From NCBI RefSeq assembly GCF_021869535.1, contig NW_026262637.1, forward strand, positions 31,186,001 through 31,250,000: a DNA stretch of 64,000 nt, written 5' to 3'. Under the pieces are notes generated by a model. It worked only from the letters and a program-made list of their open reading frames with translations, ran no database searches and was not told the DNA's origin. The number at the start of each line of letters is the position of its first letter. Within the stretch, counting starts at the first letter, position 1. A program made the translations under genes and the position numbers. Source of the stretch: Mytilus californianus (lineage: Eukaryota). Shown piece by piece: positions 12,927 to 26,746 of this stretch.

Positions 12927-14743
12927 AACAAGAGTGCACACGCTGAAATGTCTCGCCTTCTTTACTAATCATTGATATTATGTTGATAGTCCTAAATATA
13001 AAGCTTTATTACAACTGTCACATAAACTTAACATTAACCAAGTAAACTAAACATTGACCAATGAACCATGAAAATGAGGTCAAGGTCAGATGAACCATGC
13101 TAGGCAGGCATGTACAGCTAACAATTCTTCCATACAACAAATAGAGTTGACCTATTGCTTATAGTTTAAGAAAAACAGACCAAATCACAAAAACTTAACA
13201 CTGAGCAATGAACCTTGAAAATGAGGTCAAGGTCAAATAAAACCTGCGTGACTGCCAAATAGATCATAAAATATTTCCATACACCAAATATAGTTGAACT
13301 ATTGCATATAGTATAAGAAAAACAGACCAAAACACAAAAACTTAACTATAACCACTGAACCATGAAAATGAGGTCAAGGTCAGATGACACCTGCCAGTTG
13401 GACATGTACACCTTACAGTCCTTCCATACACCAAATATACTAGACCTATTGCTTATAGTATCTGAGATATGGACTTGACCACCAAAACTTAACCTTGTTC
13501 ATTGATCCATGAAATGAGGTCGAGGTCAAGTGAAAACTGTCTGACGGGCATGAGGACCTTGCAAGGTACGCACATACCAAATATAGTTGAACTATTGCAC
13601 ATAGTATTAGAAAAAAAGACCAAAACTCAAAAACTTAACTTTGACCACTGAACCATGAAAATGAGGTCAAGGTCAGATGACACCTGCCCGCTAGACATGT
13701 ACACCTTACAATCATTCCATACACCAAATATAGTAGACCTATGGCATACAGTATAAGAAAAACAGACCAAAACACAAAAACTTAACTATAACCACTGAAC
13801 CATGAAAATGAGGTCAAGGTCAGATGACACCTGCCAGTTGGACATGTACACCTTACAGTCCTTCCATACACCGAATATACTAGACCTATTGCTTATAGTA
13901 TCTGAGATATGGACTTGACCACCAAAACTTAACCTTGTTCATTGATCCATTAAATGAGGTCGAGGTCAAGTGAAAACTGTCTGACGGGCATGAGGACCTT
14001 GCAAGGTACGCACATACCAAATATAGTTGAACTATTGCACATAGTATTAGAAAAAAAGACCAAAACTCAAAAACTTAAATTTGACCACTGAACCATGAAA
14101 ATGAGGTCAAGGTCAAATGACACCTGCCCGCTAGACATGTACACCTTACAATCATTCCATACACCAAATGTAGTAGACCTATGGCATACAGTATAAGAAA
14201 AACAGACCAAAACACAAAAACTTAACTATAACCACTGAACCATGAAAATGAGGTCAAGGTCAGATGACACCTGCCAGTTGGACATGTACACCTTACAGTC
14301 CTTCCATACACCGAATATACTAGACCTATTGCTTATAGTATCTGAGATATGGACTTGACCACCAAAACTTAACCTTGTTCACTGATCCATGAAATGAGGT
14401 CGAGGTCAAGTGAAAACTGTCTGACGGGCATGAGGACCTTGCAAGGTACGCACATACCAAATATAGTTATCCTATTACTTATAATAAGAGAGAATCTAAC
14501 ATTACAAAAAATCTGAACTTTTTTTTCAAGTAGTCACTGAACCATGAAAATGAGGTCAAGGACATTTGACATGTGACTGACGGAAACTTCGTAACATGAG
14601 GCATCCATATACAAAGTATGAAGCATCCAGACCTTCCACCTTCTAAAATATAAAGCTTTTAAGAAGTTAGCTAACGCCGCCGCCGCCGGATCACTATCCC
14701 TATGTCGAGCTTTCTGCGACAAAAGTCGCAGGCTCGACAAAAA
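12927..14743 (+). mobile_element. HINE/Helentron-associated-like element, family A, with internal satellite array
   Basis: 5' AACAAGAGTGCACACGCTG, subunits arranged in a 440-bp higher-order repeat (13351, 13791, 14231), GCC microsatellite, and 3' hairpin TGTCGAGC..TGCGAC AAAA GTCGCA..GCTCGACA. Confidence 0.75.
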
Positions 14744-15075
14744 ATAATGGCTTAAAATTTTTCCAAAAAGACAATTTTTTTCCCAAACAGTGCTGTCTCA
14801 GTAGAAATGAATGAAGTGCATGAATACAAACTGAAAAACACTCATTTAAACAATTTTCATGCCTAAAATGACTATACTTGCAGATTTGAGGGTCTATTTA
14901 TGTATCATCACTGACAAAATGAGGTCTTATTTTAAAGCAGGGTTTGACATTGAAGTTTCAGTCAAATTCATGGTTAATTTAAATTTCCCAATTTGATGAA
15001 AATGACACATATTTTCCCAATAAAAAAGGGTAGAGGTAGTTTAGAAAAAAGCCAACAATATCACTGGAATCATAC

Positions 15076-15378
15076 CTGATGTACTATAGGCCAAAATTCT
15101 TGTTTTCAGGACCTTCAAAAATGTGCAGGTATTGGATCTTTTTCATCAGCATTCTCAAGAACTCTCTTTTTGGTCCACCTTCATCTATGGCACCTTCTGC
15201 GATTCCTACATCGTCCGTAAACTTCACACTTATCTTGCTTTTAGCACAGAAGGATTTCCTTTTAATGGCACTCCGAGCACCATCTAAAACAAGGTTTCTG
15301 TTGATATTGAATTTCGTTATCTTCTCCAGGTCAACCTGTGACTGTAACTTTATTAATAACTCTGGCAAACTAATATCA
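15076..15378 (-). CDS. HECT domain N-terminal exon (G2E3-like)
   Basis: INRNLVLDGARSAIKRKSF...ISVKFTDDVGIAEGAIDEGGPKREFL matches the HECT N-lobe signature (EGAIDxGGPxREF). Confidence 0.85.
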
Positions 15379-15404
15379 CTAAAATGAACAAAAAATAGTT
15401 GACA

Positions 15405-16630
15405 CAACACAGGTTTCTGACACATAATGAATGTGGTCTAAGAACTTAAACTTAAAAACTTTAAATTTTAAATTGGACATTACCTATTATGGTCCAATAT
15501 CTAAAATCAAAATACATGGTTAGATTCAGCATATCAAAGGACCCCAAGAATTCAATTTTTGAGGAAATCAAATAAAGTTCAATTTTGGACCCTTTAGACC
15601 TCAATGTGGACCAGTTTGATAACCGGGCCCAAACATCAAAAATCTAAATACATGGTTAGATTCAGCATATCAAAGGACCCCAAGAATTCAATTTTTGAGG
15701 AAATCAAATAAAGTTCAATTTTGGACCCTTTAGACCTCAATGTGGACCAGTTTGATAACCGGGCCCAAACATCAAAAATCTAAATACATGGTTAGATTAA
15801 GCATATATCAAAGAACCCCATATATACAATTTTTGTTGAAATCAAACAAAGATTTATTTTGGACCCCAATTTGGACCAACTTGAAAATTTGGCCTATAAT
15901 CAAAAATCTAATACATGTTTAGGTTCAGCATATCAAAGAACCCCAGGGATTCAATTTTTGTTGATATCAAACAAAGTTAAATTTTGGACCACAATTTGGA
16001 CCAACTTGAAAACTGGGCCCATAATAGAAAATCTAAGTACATTTTTAGATTCAGCATATCAAATAACCCCAAGGATTCATTTTTTGTTAAAATCAAACTT
16101 AGTTTAATTTTGGACCCGTTGGACCTTAATGTAGACCAATTTGAAAACGGGACCAAAAATTAAGAATCTACATACACAGTTAGATTCGGCATATCAAAGA
16201 ACCCCAATTATTTAATTTTTGATGAAATCAAACAAAGTTTAATTTTGGACCCTTTGGACCCCTTATTCCTAAACTGTTGGGACCAAAACTCCCAAAGTCA
16301 ATCCCAACCTTCCTTTTGTGGTCATAAACCTTGTGTTTAAATTTCATAGATTTCTATTTACTTATACTAAAGTTATTGTGCGAAAACCAAAATAAATGCT
16401 TATTTGGGCCCCTTTTTGGTCCCTAATTCCTAAACTGTTGGGACCTCAACTCCCAAAATCAATCCCAACCTTCCTTTTGTGGTCATAAACCTTGTGTTCA
16501 AATTTCATTGATTTCTATTTACTTAAACTAAAGTTATAGTGCGAAAATAAAAAAAATGCTTATTTGGGCCCTTTTTAGCCCCTAATTCCTAAACTGTTGG
16601 GACCAAAACTCCCAAAATCAATCCCAATTT
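15405..16630 (+). mobile_element. Repeat family B, 5'-truncated copy with ~120-136-bp internal tandem units
   Basis: Near-perfect 136-bp units starting at 15511, 15647 and 15783. Confidence 0.7.
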
Positions 16631-17346
16631 TAGTGCAATTTAAGTATACATAAATAAACATGAAATCTTCAAATACGTACACATCCATTGGTATGGTTTT
16701 GTCACCTTCATCATCAGAGTCATCAACTGTTACTATTTCAGTTTCAAACAGCTGGACATATGACCTAAGTAATAAATAAATCTTGGTTTGATTAACCTAT
16801 TGTACATTCTGTTTTCCTTTTTACTTAAATGCTATTTTTTATGTCTGTAATGTTTATATGAAGTTAAAGACATTTATGACACAACATATGTTGAAACCTC
16901 CAGGTTGGGTACTTGTCACCAATACGGATATTCAATTGAAAAAATACATGTAAAGTATGCTGGATTTTCGTATCATATCTTTGACAAAAATAAAAATAAT
17001 CAACTATCACTAAGTTTGTCTTGTTCTTAATATTGTCTGAGGGTTCAACTGCAAAACACATGACTTTGCCTGGATGATAATCTACTATCTAGGATGCATG
17101 CAAATACAAGGTTAGATGATTCTACCATGTATAGTTATAACGCTTCACATACACAAATTTTTCTTACGATTGCTTACGAATCTCAAAACTTTACCAGATT
17201 CATAAAACTTTCACAAGCTGCTGATAGGGCTTTAAACCTTAACCAATCGATCAAACCTAAATCTTAAATCAAAATCAAATACATTTGCAAAGTACTGGAA
17301 TATATCCCAAAACAATCAGAAATGTATATTCATATACATCAAGAAA

Positions 17347-17545
17347 GAGGGGGGTAGGAGGGGTCCTGATCCCGAAATCCCGGGCTTAAAAACACGAAAT
17401 CCCGAGGTCCCGAATTTAAATAAAGTTAAATCCCGGATCCCGAAATTTGAAAAAAAGATTTCCCGGATCCCTATGTAGTAAATCCCGAAATCCCGAGCTT
17501 AAAAACACCCGATCCCGGAGTCCCAATAAAGGTCCTATCCCCCTC
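17347..17545. mobile_element. ~200-bp GC-rich mini-element with ATCCCG motif repeats
   Basis: Ends GAGGGGGGTAGGA / TCCTATCCCCCTC, flanked by an AAGAAA direct repeat. Confidence 0.65.
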
Positions 17546-19629
17546 AAGAAAGTATTTATATTTATTCCTAAACTTGTGGCCAACCAATTATAAACTATAC
17601 TCAATCATTTGTAATTGATTCATAAAGCAATCGTATTCAATTACACACAAAAGACTTTTCACCATTCTTTAAGAATAGTGTTTGTGTTGTTACATTAAGT
17701 TAACAATGCTTTACAAATGACTAAGACTGGATGGCGAGCTATTTACGAATGAAGTTATCTAAAAACAATCAGCCATTTGTTGAAAATTATTTGACATGTC
17801 AAATCAGGGATCAGCAGAATGTATAAGAGTTGTTTTAAGAGTTAAATTCCAATGCTTGCTGTGAATGACAAAAAAGTTGTAGATTTGTGAGCATTTATAA
17901 GAAAAAAATTCTGTATGTGAATTGGTATTAATACTAAGAAAGATGTGAACTTGGAAGTAAACTTAAATGTAAGTCAGTCAAGTAAAAAATATAGGTTACA
18001 GTGATTCATTATATCAAGAAATTGTGTCCAGATTATCTACAAATAAAATACCTGTAAGTTGAAGGACATGCTGGAGCATCATTACCAGTAGATGACCGCA
18101 AGCTTAATCGAGATCTACGCTCTCTACGTTCTAAGCACGATGGATGAAATGTTATCTATAAAACAGGGTAATCCGTCTTAAAATTAAACAATTTCAAATT
18201 GTAAAACAATTGCAGAGTATTCTTGGTCAGCACATATAGCATTTCAACTTATCATACATGCATGTTATTTTAATTCATTTTGATTTTTTAACAAATGTAT
18301 ACTGCTTGTCATCTAAATCAGGTTTCACTTTCTAAGACCTGCTGCTCACTATTTACAGATTCAGTTAATACTGCCATTTTTCTGAAATGAAATCTCCCTA
18401 GGCACTTTTGTTTTCTTTTTGACATTTCTTTAATAATAGTTTCGGCAGGCATTGAAATATCTGAATTGTCCATTACTAAAGATTACAGAAACTCAGTTCA
18501 GAACTGATACTGGTAGATTTAAATCAAAATTGATCACCTGTGGCGTAAACAGCTATTTAGAACAAGAGATTGAAATAAATTTGGGGCCTTTCTTTTAATG
18601 CAATAACAAATTTTCAGTGCGGCATTTGTCATGTTGGATGTAAAATGCAAATTTTGCAATAGTGCCTCCTAGAACATGTAGAATACTCTGGAACTAGTTT
18701 AATCAAAGTCCATTGAAATATATTAAATCCAGAGTGCTCACAAGGATGAAACAAACTGAAAATTTTGAAGTTCTGTTTGCCCATGACAATCAATCTATGA
18801 TCTTAAAAAAGCAATCACATTTGAGGTCATGATATGTAATGAGTTTGTTAAAAAGATGCATGACACACATTTCATAATAAAACCTTTTCACATCCATTCT
18901 AATGGAATAGCTAAGTTACATGTAAATACTAACTGTCGGTGTGCCTGTATCTTCCCGATCACCTTCCGGATCACCTTCCACTATATCTTGACTTTGCACA
19001 GTTTTGGTGATGTCTGTTTGTGGTTTCTACAATATTCATAAAACTATATTATCCTAGTTCAATAAATTCCTTCAGGATTATTATCCTACAGGAGTGTGTC
19101 AAAAATACACACCAGAAACATACACTTCAAAATACTGAAGTAATATTTAGCACTAAATTCATAGAATACTGCAAATAATAATTTATTAGTTTAAACATAT
19201 TTATTTATACTGGATTGGGAAACAAGTTTTTCATCTTATATTAATCCCTTTCCACTTTGCAGGTGCTAGTGCTGCTTGTAGCGGCATTACCCTGCTCTTT
19301 TTTTCGAAATCTACAAGGGTGTCCTTTACATGCAAGAGATATGACTCTCTCTTAACACTAATTTAATTTATTGCATACAACATGTACAAAGAGCTGTTCG
19401 GGAAGTAGTTTCATTGTGTACACTTAAAACTTATAGCACATCATGGAATGCTGTTTGCAATTGGATTTACATTAAACATTAACACTGTCATTGAAGCAAA
19501 TGCTATTTTTTCTTTCCCTTTCCTAGACATCCCCCCCTCATAATTTTAATGCAAAGGTGTCATTTTTCTTCTGAAAAGTGTTAATATGGTAAATGTCACA
19601 ACCATAAACAAACTAAAAAATCATTTTTA

Positions 19630-21100
19630 ATAAAATGCTCCGCAGGGCGCAGCTTGATACGACTGCAGAGGTCGAACCCTGAACAGTTGGGGCAAGTATG
19701 GACACAACATTCAAGCTTGATACAGCTCTGAATTTGGATTGTGATTAAATATTTGACACAGCATAGGTTTCTGACACAGAATGAATGTGGTCTAAGAACT
19801 TAAAAATTTTAAATTGGACATTCACCTATTATGGTCCAATATCCAAAATCTAAATACATGGTTAGATTCAGCATATCAAAGAACCCCAAGAATTCAATTT
19901 TTGATGAAATCAAACAAAGTTTAATTTTGGACCCTTTTGACCTCAATGTGGACAAAGTTGATAACGGGGCCCAAAAATCAAAAATCTAAATACATGGTTA
20001 GATTCAGCATATCAAAGAACCCCATATATTCAATTTTTGTTGAAATCAAACAAAGTTTAATTTTGGACCCCGATTTGGACCAACTTGAAAACTGGGCCCA
20101 TAATCAAAAATCTAAATACATGTTTAGATTCAGCATATCAAAGAACCCTAAAAATTCAATTTTTGTTAAAATCAAACTAAGTTTAATTTTGGACCCTTTG
20201 GACCTTAATGTCAGTCAGGGGTACTACTTGTACAAGTAATTTTTATTTACTTGAAGAAGTAAATAAAATATACTTATACAAGTTAATTATATTGTTTGAA
20301 TAATCTCCCCTTAATTTTCTAAAAAATTTACTTGTATAAGTAAATTTTTTTTACAATCCCACAAAAATTCTCAAGTTTTGAGATGTAAAATCATGCCTTT
20401 AACAATTTTTCTCAGGTTAGCTCATAATTTTTAATAAGAGTTCAATGTTTCATCTCATTAATTCAACACAGAAACTGATTGAGCAAAGATCTTAAGTATT
20501 TGCGCAAGGCCTTCAAAAATTGCTCCTTGGGGGCTTGTAAATGAGCAGTGTTCTAAAGATAAAAGACAAATGAGATTTTCATTGTCCATGAAATTACACT
20601 TAAATGAATAGTAAAGACATCTGCAAAGGACAGACAATTCAAAATTCTGTTAGAGCAAAGAAGTTCTAAGAATTCAAGAAAAGAAGATAGGATGACTTTT
20701 TTACTTGTATAAGTAAAAAAATCTGAATGCCTAAGGGACATAACTAGGCCAAAAAATAATTTACTTATACAAGTAAATAAAATACACTTGTATAAGTATC
20801 CTACAAATTTACTTATATAAGTATATTATAATTACTTCTTCAAGTAAATAAAAATTACTTGTACAAGTAGTACCCCTGACTGAATGTAGACCAATTTGAA
20901 AACGGAAACAAAAATTAAGAATCTAAATACACGGTTAGACTCGGCATATCAAAGAACCCCAATAATTCAATTTTTGATGAAATCAAACAAAGTTAAATTT
21001 TGGACCCTTTGGACCTCAATGTGGACCAATTTAAAAATAGGGCCCAAAATCCAAAAACTTAATACACGGTTAGATTCAGCATATTAAAGAACCCCAAGAA
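19630..21100 (+). mobile_element. Repeat family B copy interrupted by a MITE
   Basis: 5' AATGCTCCGCAGGGCGCAGC. The unit GACCTTAATGTAGACC is split by the insertion at 20212-20882. Confidence 0.75.
20212..20882. mobile_element. MITE with CAGTCAGGGGTACTACT termini and 5-bp TSD (AATGT)
   Basis: Long imperfect TIRs. AATGT at 20207-20211 and 20883-20887. Confidence 0.9.
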
Positions 21101-21164
21101 TTCAAGAATAAAACCCCATTGAAATTGATCAAGAAATAAGCAATTTATACGAAGTATCTTCTTC

Positions 21165-21385
21165 TGCACAATACTGTGCAATTGAATATTTCTTGCTATT
21201 GCGCAATACTGTACAATTGACAATTTCTTGCTATTGCGCAATATTGTGCTATTGGATATTTCTTGCTAATGCGCAATACTGTGCAATTGAAGATTTCTTG
21301 CTATTGCGCAATACTGTGCAATTGAAGATTTCTTGTTATTGTGCAATACTGTGCAATTGAAAATTTCTTGCTATTGCACAATACT
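21165..21385. repeat. 35-bp tandem repeat, ~6 units
   Basis: CAATACTGTGCAATTGAAGATTTCTTGCTATTGCG recurs at 21169, 21204, 21239, 21274, 21309, 21344 and 21379. Confidence 0.9.
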
Positions 21386-21509
21386 TATTATATAATAATT
21401 TACACATCCTGTTTGGTGTGTATCTCCTACCATATCATTATTATTTGCTTTTAAATATTAATCAGAAATAACCAACTTAAAATGAAAAATTTTAAAAGAA
21501 AAAAAAAAG

Positions 21510-22215
21510 AAAAAAAAAAATCCCCCCTCCCAAATTTTTTGAACCCCCTTATGATTCATCACCCCCAAACTCAATACCAGCCTTCCCTTTGTGGTATGGT
21601 ACCTTGCAGTACAATTTCAGAGAGATCCATACACTTGAACACAAGTTATTGTCTGGAAACTAGAAAAATGCTTATTTTTGGCCCCTTATTCCTAAACGTT
21701 TCGGGCAATTACCCCCAAACTCAATTCCAGCTTTCCCTTTGTGATATGGAACCTTGTAGTACAATTTCAGAAATATCCAAACACTTACACACAAGTTATT
21801 GTCATGAAACTAGAAAAATGCTTGTTTTTTGCCCCTTTTTTGGCCCCTAATTCCTAAAATTTTGAGGCAATTACCCCCAAAATCAATTACAGCCTTCCCT
21901 TTGTGATATGGAACCTTGTGGTACAATGTCAGAGAGATCCATACACTTACACACAAGTTATTGTCTGGAAGTTACAAAAATGCTTATTTTTGGCCCCTTT
22001 TTGGCCCCTAATTCCTTAACTGTTGGTACCATAACCCCCAAAATCAATCCAAACCTTCCTTACGTGGTATTGAACCATATGGTAAAATTTCATGGAGATC
22101 CATTCGCTTAAACTAAAGTTAGAGTGCGAAAACCAATGTGTCTTCGGACGACGATGACGACGCCAACGTCATACCAATATACGACCAAAAATTTTAATTT
22201 TTGCGGTCGTATAAA
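21510..22215 (+). mobile_element. Non-autonomous repeat with ~180-bp internal units (CCTTCCCTTTGTG...GAACCTTG)
   Basis: Three similar units and a 3' end (GACGACGCCAACGTCATACCAATATACGACC...GGTCGTATAAA) related to family B ends. Confidence 0.55.
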
Positions 22216-24190
22216 AATGCATGAATTTAGCTAACAAAGTGTGGTCATGAAAATGAACGTCAGCGAGTCGATCGATCTATATAAAAAAAAAATTGTTGTA
22301 GGGGCAAAAGATATAAAATTTATTTCATGAAAAGCTTAACGTTAACATCATCATGATGATCCATTTATCTGAATGTGTCACAAGATTGCTATTTAGTGTT
22401 ACATGCACAATTGTTAATTACAAACTAGACTGTACTGTCTTCAAGGGAACCTGTATGTCGCCTGCATTTTATTCATAGCATTGCACACATTATTTATGTC
22501 CACAGTCCACTATGTGTAATTTCAAAGTTTTTGATAAACAGGATGTAGTTGAGTGACAGCAATGAAAAACAATTCTAAAGGATAAAGCATAGAGATGCAA
22601 AATATCAAATGTCTGTACTGCATGTAGTTGTAGAGAAAACTGCAATGAAATTTTGCATACATATTTGACGAGCATGCCTTAAATATCAAAGTTTTTGGTA
22701 TTAAATAGGAAGTACATAAGCAAAGCCATGAAAATGCTTTACGCGTCATAGTACTTCGAGATAAAGCATTCTCCAAAATATTAAGTCTGCTGCATGTAGT
22801 TGATAAGAAAACTGCAATGAAAATGTGTGACAACATTGCGGTGCATATGCGGCAAAGGTCTTGGAAAGATGGATTTTGTCAAAGTGACCCCTATATAAAA
22901 CACAGGCGACATAAAAATATATTATATGTATCAGTATATACATGAAGTGCACTTGGATAAGAATATTAATCTATAGGTACATAGAGTGAGTATGATAGTA
23001 TTACCAAGCATTTCATACCTGTTGTGTGTCGAGTACGAATACAATTTTCTGCCACTGTACAAATATTGTTTTTATCCTGTATTTATAAAATGTACAAATT
23101 ATTTTTTCATACCAACAGAATAACAGAAAGACATTCTTAAAAAAATGATTCCATATGAACACATCATATAGGAAAGCATGAATCATGTAAAATTAAAATG
23201 GGTCAAAGACAGAAAGGGCCAGTTTTTGTTAAACAAGAAGAAGAGCTACAAACCTCACTCTGAAATCACATCTCATTGATGTGAGAGCCCATACAGAAGC
23301 TGCATACCAAATATGAAGAGCCTGTGATTTTTAGTTCCTGAGATAAATATTAAAAATACAGTATTTCCCTGCGACCAACATTCACATATTATAATTAAGC
23401 TGATTTTTCAACTCGCAAAATCCAGCCAAAAATCATTAATCTAACTTGAAGGTAAAAGACCATCATCCTACATGTAGCAAGAGCAGAAACATCACCTTCA
23501 TGTGATCTATCCACATGCAAAATAATAAAAGCCTATCACAAATTTTAGGTACATGCTAGACATGATTTTGTTTTGAGTGGCAGCTGACGACTGATTACTA
23601 TAGTGTGACCACCACTAAGAAACATTGTTTTATTTATTGTCGATTAAAACTACATGTGTAATATCCTGTGTTCTATGGTTTTGAGCTCTAAAAAGTTATG
23701 ATGCTGCATAATTACCTGTAAAGAGTGTGTCTTGCCGAATACTGGAAGTTCCTCGTCTGTCATGTCTGTGTCATCTAATTTGTTTTGATCCATCATGTCC
23801 ATATCATTTTCGAACTAAAAATGAATTCATACTTGTAAAACAACTATCAATATTTTTGCAGTAAGATACTATATCACTAATTAGAAAACTTTTTATGTGT
23901 GTTAACGAACATTGCAAAAAATCTGCACCCATCCCCCCTAAAAGAAGAACATTACATTAAATTATATTTCTTTCCTTTAAATGGATATTGCAACTCCCTC
24001 AAGACTCATTATACAGTTTGATGTTATTAATTCTTTAATAAATATTTTGCGGCCCATATTTTGTCATACAACTAAAAGTAGGTGTTTTACTGTTTACTTT
24101 CTCAGGTAACATTTAACTTTGTGATCAATGCTTATGTGTAGTTGTCCTTCATGTATAGTTATACAATATTAAACTGTATTTGTCATATAA

Positions 24191-24889
24191 CAGTCAGGGG
24201 TACTACTTAAACAAGTGATTTCATTATCACCTATTTCAGTGATTTTTTAAATTCAGTTATCACCTATTTAAGTGATTTTGGTGCTTCCTTTGATCTTCAA
24301 ATGCTAATTTCATTGATTTTCCATATTTTCACAAACTTTTCTATAATTTTCCTATATAGATCAATTATCCCTTTATCTTTGGATATCAATTTCACTAGTG
24401 CGCTTGGCCAGTAAGTTAGTGCGCTAAAGCTTTTAAAAGTACCCTTGGGAATTGTTCTGTAATCAAATATTCATTAACTACTCTTACTATCAGACAAAGG
24501 TCAACAATATTAGGTAACCTGATTGGTTTTCTTTATAGTTAGAATGACTTATTTCAAGGTTATGTCCTGATCTACAAATTATTCCAGTTTTTGCATATTT
24601 AAATAAACTGTAAAAACTGACAGGCTTATCAAGCAAAAGACAATTTCTGCATGTACATAGTTGTCTTTTCAATTGAATTCTTGTCTTTTTACCAATAAAA
24701 AAATCAAGCTTATGGGAAAAATATCAAAAAAATGTTATAAACACTTATTGAAGTGATTACATTTTAACTTCTCAAATTACTTGTTTCAGTGATTTTAAAA
24801 AGTCTGTGCGAAAATTTTTAATATTTCACAGACAAAATCACAAAAAGAAGTGATTCTGAAATCACTTGTTTAAGTAGTACCCCTGACTG
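24191..24889. mobile_element. Second MITE with CAGTCAGGGGTACTACT termini and 5-bp TSD (TATAA)
   Basis: Same terminal 17 bp but a different interior. TATAA at 24186-24190 and 24890-24894. Confidence 0.9.
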
Positions 24890-26746
24890 TATAAGTAACA
24901 TTATACTTTTAACATAAACAAAAATAACAACAACAATAAAATAACTGAGTGGAACACACACATATCTATATATACACAAGTAAAACTAACTAAGAGTTCC
25001 CTGTCCTCAGTTCTTAAAAGACTGTTGTTAAAAACATAATAAAGGAACCTGTTTTTTCTGACACTTGGTTTATATTTGACGGATTTAGTAGGACTACTAG
25101 TTTTTCAGTATCAGATAGATTTGGAAACATAGGATTATCTATTGCCATGTCATTAAAAGGTTTTATACGTAAAGCATTATTAATTTGACAGTGGAGGAGA
25201 AAGTGATTTTCATCTTCTAAGGTTTTACAAGTTGGACACGACGTAACGTTCTATTGTTTTGAGGTATGTTTAGATTATCTGCCCTTCAATGATCAAATTA
25301 TGGTAACTAATTCTAACTTTTTGTAAATAAACGTCTAGTTTGTTTCAAAAATTTGGATGAAGATAAAATTTTTGGTCTTGTTTGACTTTAATATTTTTGA
25401 ATGAAAGAAAAAGTTTGTTATTTTCATTTAAACTGTTCATGTTATTTTCCAGTAATTCTGAATTAAAGTTGCATGTAATATTCTTAATCAAAGTCTGTAG
25501 TTTTTCACTTGTTCCATATTTTGACAGGACACTATTTTTTGTATATCAATATTCATTTCTTGTGTTGAATCTACCAGAATTTTTCTAATTCCATTTTTTT
25601 GGAAAATATTGTACAATGAATGATAAAATACAATGTACACACCTCAGGGCCCTCGACGAGAACATATAGCTTCCCTTGACCAATCAGAGCCTTCAGCCCT
25701 ATTCCATCAAATTTGAATGTTGATGGTTCATTTGGTTTGGATAATTTTTTATGGGAGCACGATAAAAAATTGATCTTGGTGGGATCTTTGTCAGTACTGT
25801 CAAATATGTCAAGTAGTTTGTTTTTAATAGTGTCCTCTGTATCCTCCGAACTTATGTTAATTAATCCTTCTTCTAGGATAATATCTGCACACAGAATGCC
25901 TGGCAATTTTATATTTCCAATAAAAACAACTTTATATGACTTTTCAAATAACTTCTTCTTCTTCTTCATTTGTTGTCTGATGTCTTTTCTGGAGGCAGCT
26001 CCCTGTATTGGTGAGAAATGTGTCCTTGGGTGTGAAGTGGCTTTTGACGACTTAAACACAGAAGCAATCTGCTGAGCCCATCCACTTGTACTTGGCCTGT
26101 TGCCAATGATATCTCTTGCTTGTCCTATATTAAGTAAATATTATTATAGTAAAATTAAAAAGATAAAATTAAAGCAGTTGGCGATTATCATGACAAAATT
26201 TTAAACTAAACAATTATTTGGAAAGATATTACTTCAGGTAAATGTATCACAACTTAAAGACACGGTATCATACCATAATTTTTCAACACATTTTTTGGCG
26301 GTCATGTACTCGTCTAAAAGTACTGAAGTTAATTAGGTATCAAAAATCCTTTCACCCTTTTTATCATCTGTTTCACCCCTTATTTTCCAAAACAGTATTG
26401 GGTAGAAAGCTCAAAATCACTCACAGTCATAGTATAGTACTCAGATATCTTATTTTCAAAGTTCCTAAAGAACAATCAACTAATACTTTTAAATCATTCG
26501 ATAGTATTGCAAAAACAATTCAGAGAATTTGCTCAAAAGATATAGGTTTAAAAAGAGCCTGTTCGAGACATAATTCATTGAACTTTTTTTTCATCAATCT
26601 GCAACAAAAGTGGGCAACTGATCTTTGCCAAGCTATTAGGTTTTTTGTTGAGTTTCATCAATACAAAGAGCTCAGCACCTGTACATGCTGTAGTTTTGTT
26701 GTACAAAAAAATAATTGATTTTTCTACCAACCATGAATGTACATAC

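Noticed and set aside
8884-15378. Host G2E3 orthologue
   Set aside because: The HECT is G2E3-like, but no PHD/RING fingers were found upstream and the N-terminus is TDP-43N-like, so no gene symbol was assigned.
18300-18480. Possible extra minus-strand exon of the HECT gene
   Set aside because: The open frame ends in a stop with no compatible donor, and the gene model is in phase without it.
21165-21385. CRISPR-like array (35-bp period; also the 28-bp array at 43632)
   Set aside because: Units are contiguous with no unique spacers, the context is eukaryotic, and there are no cas genes.
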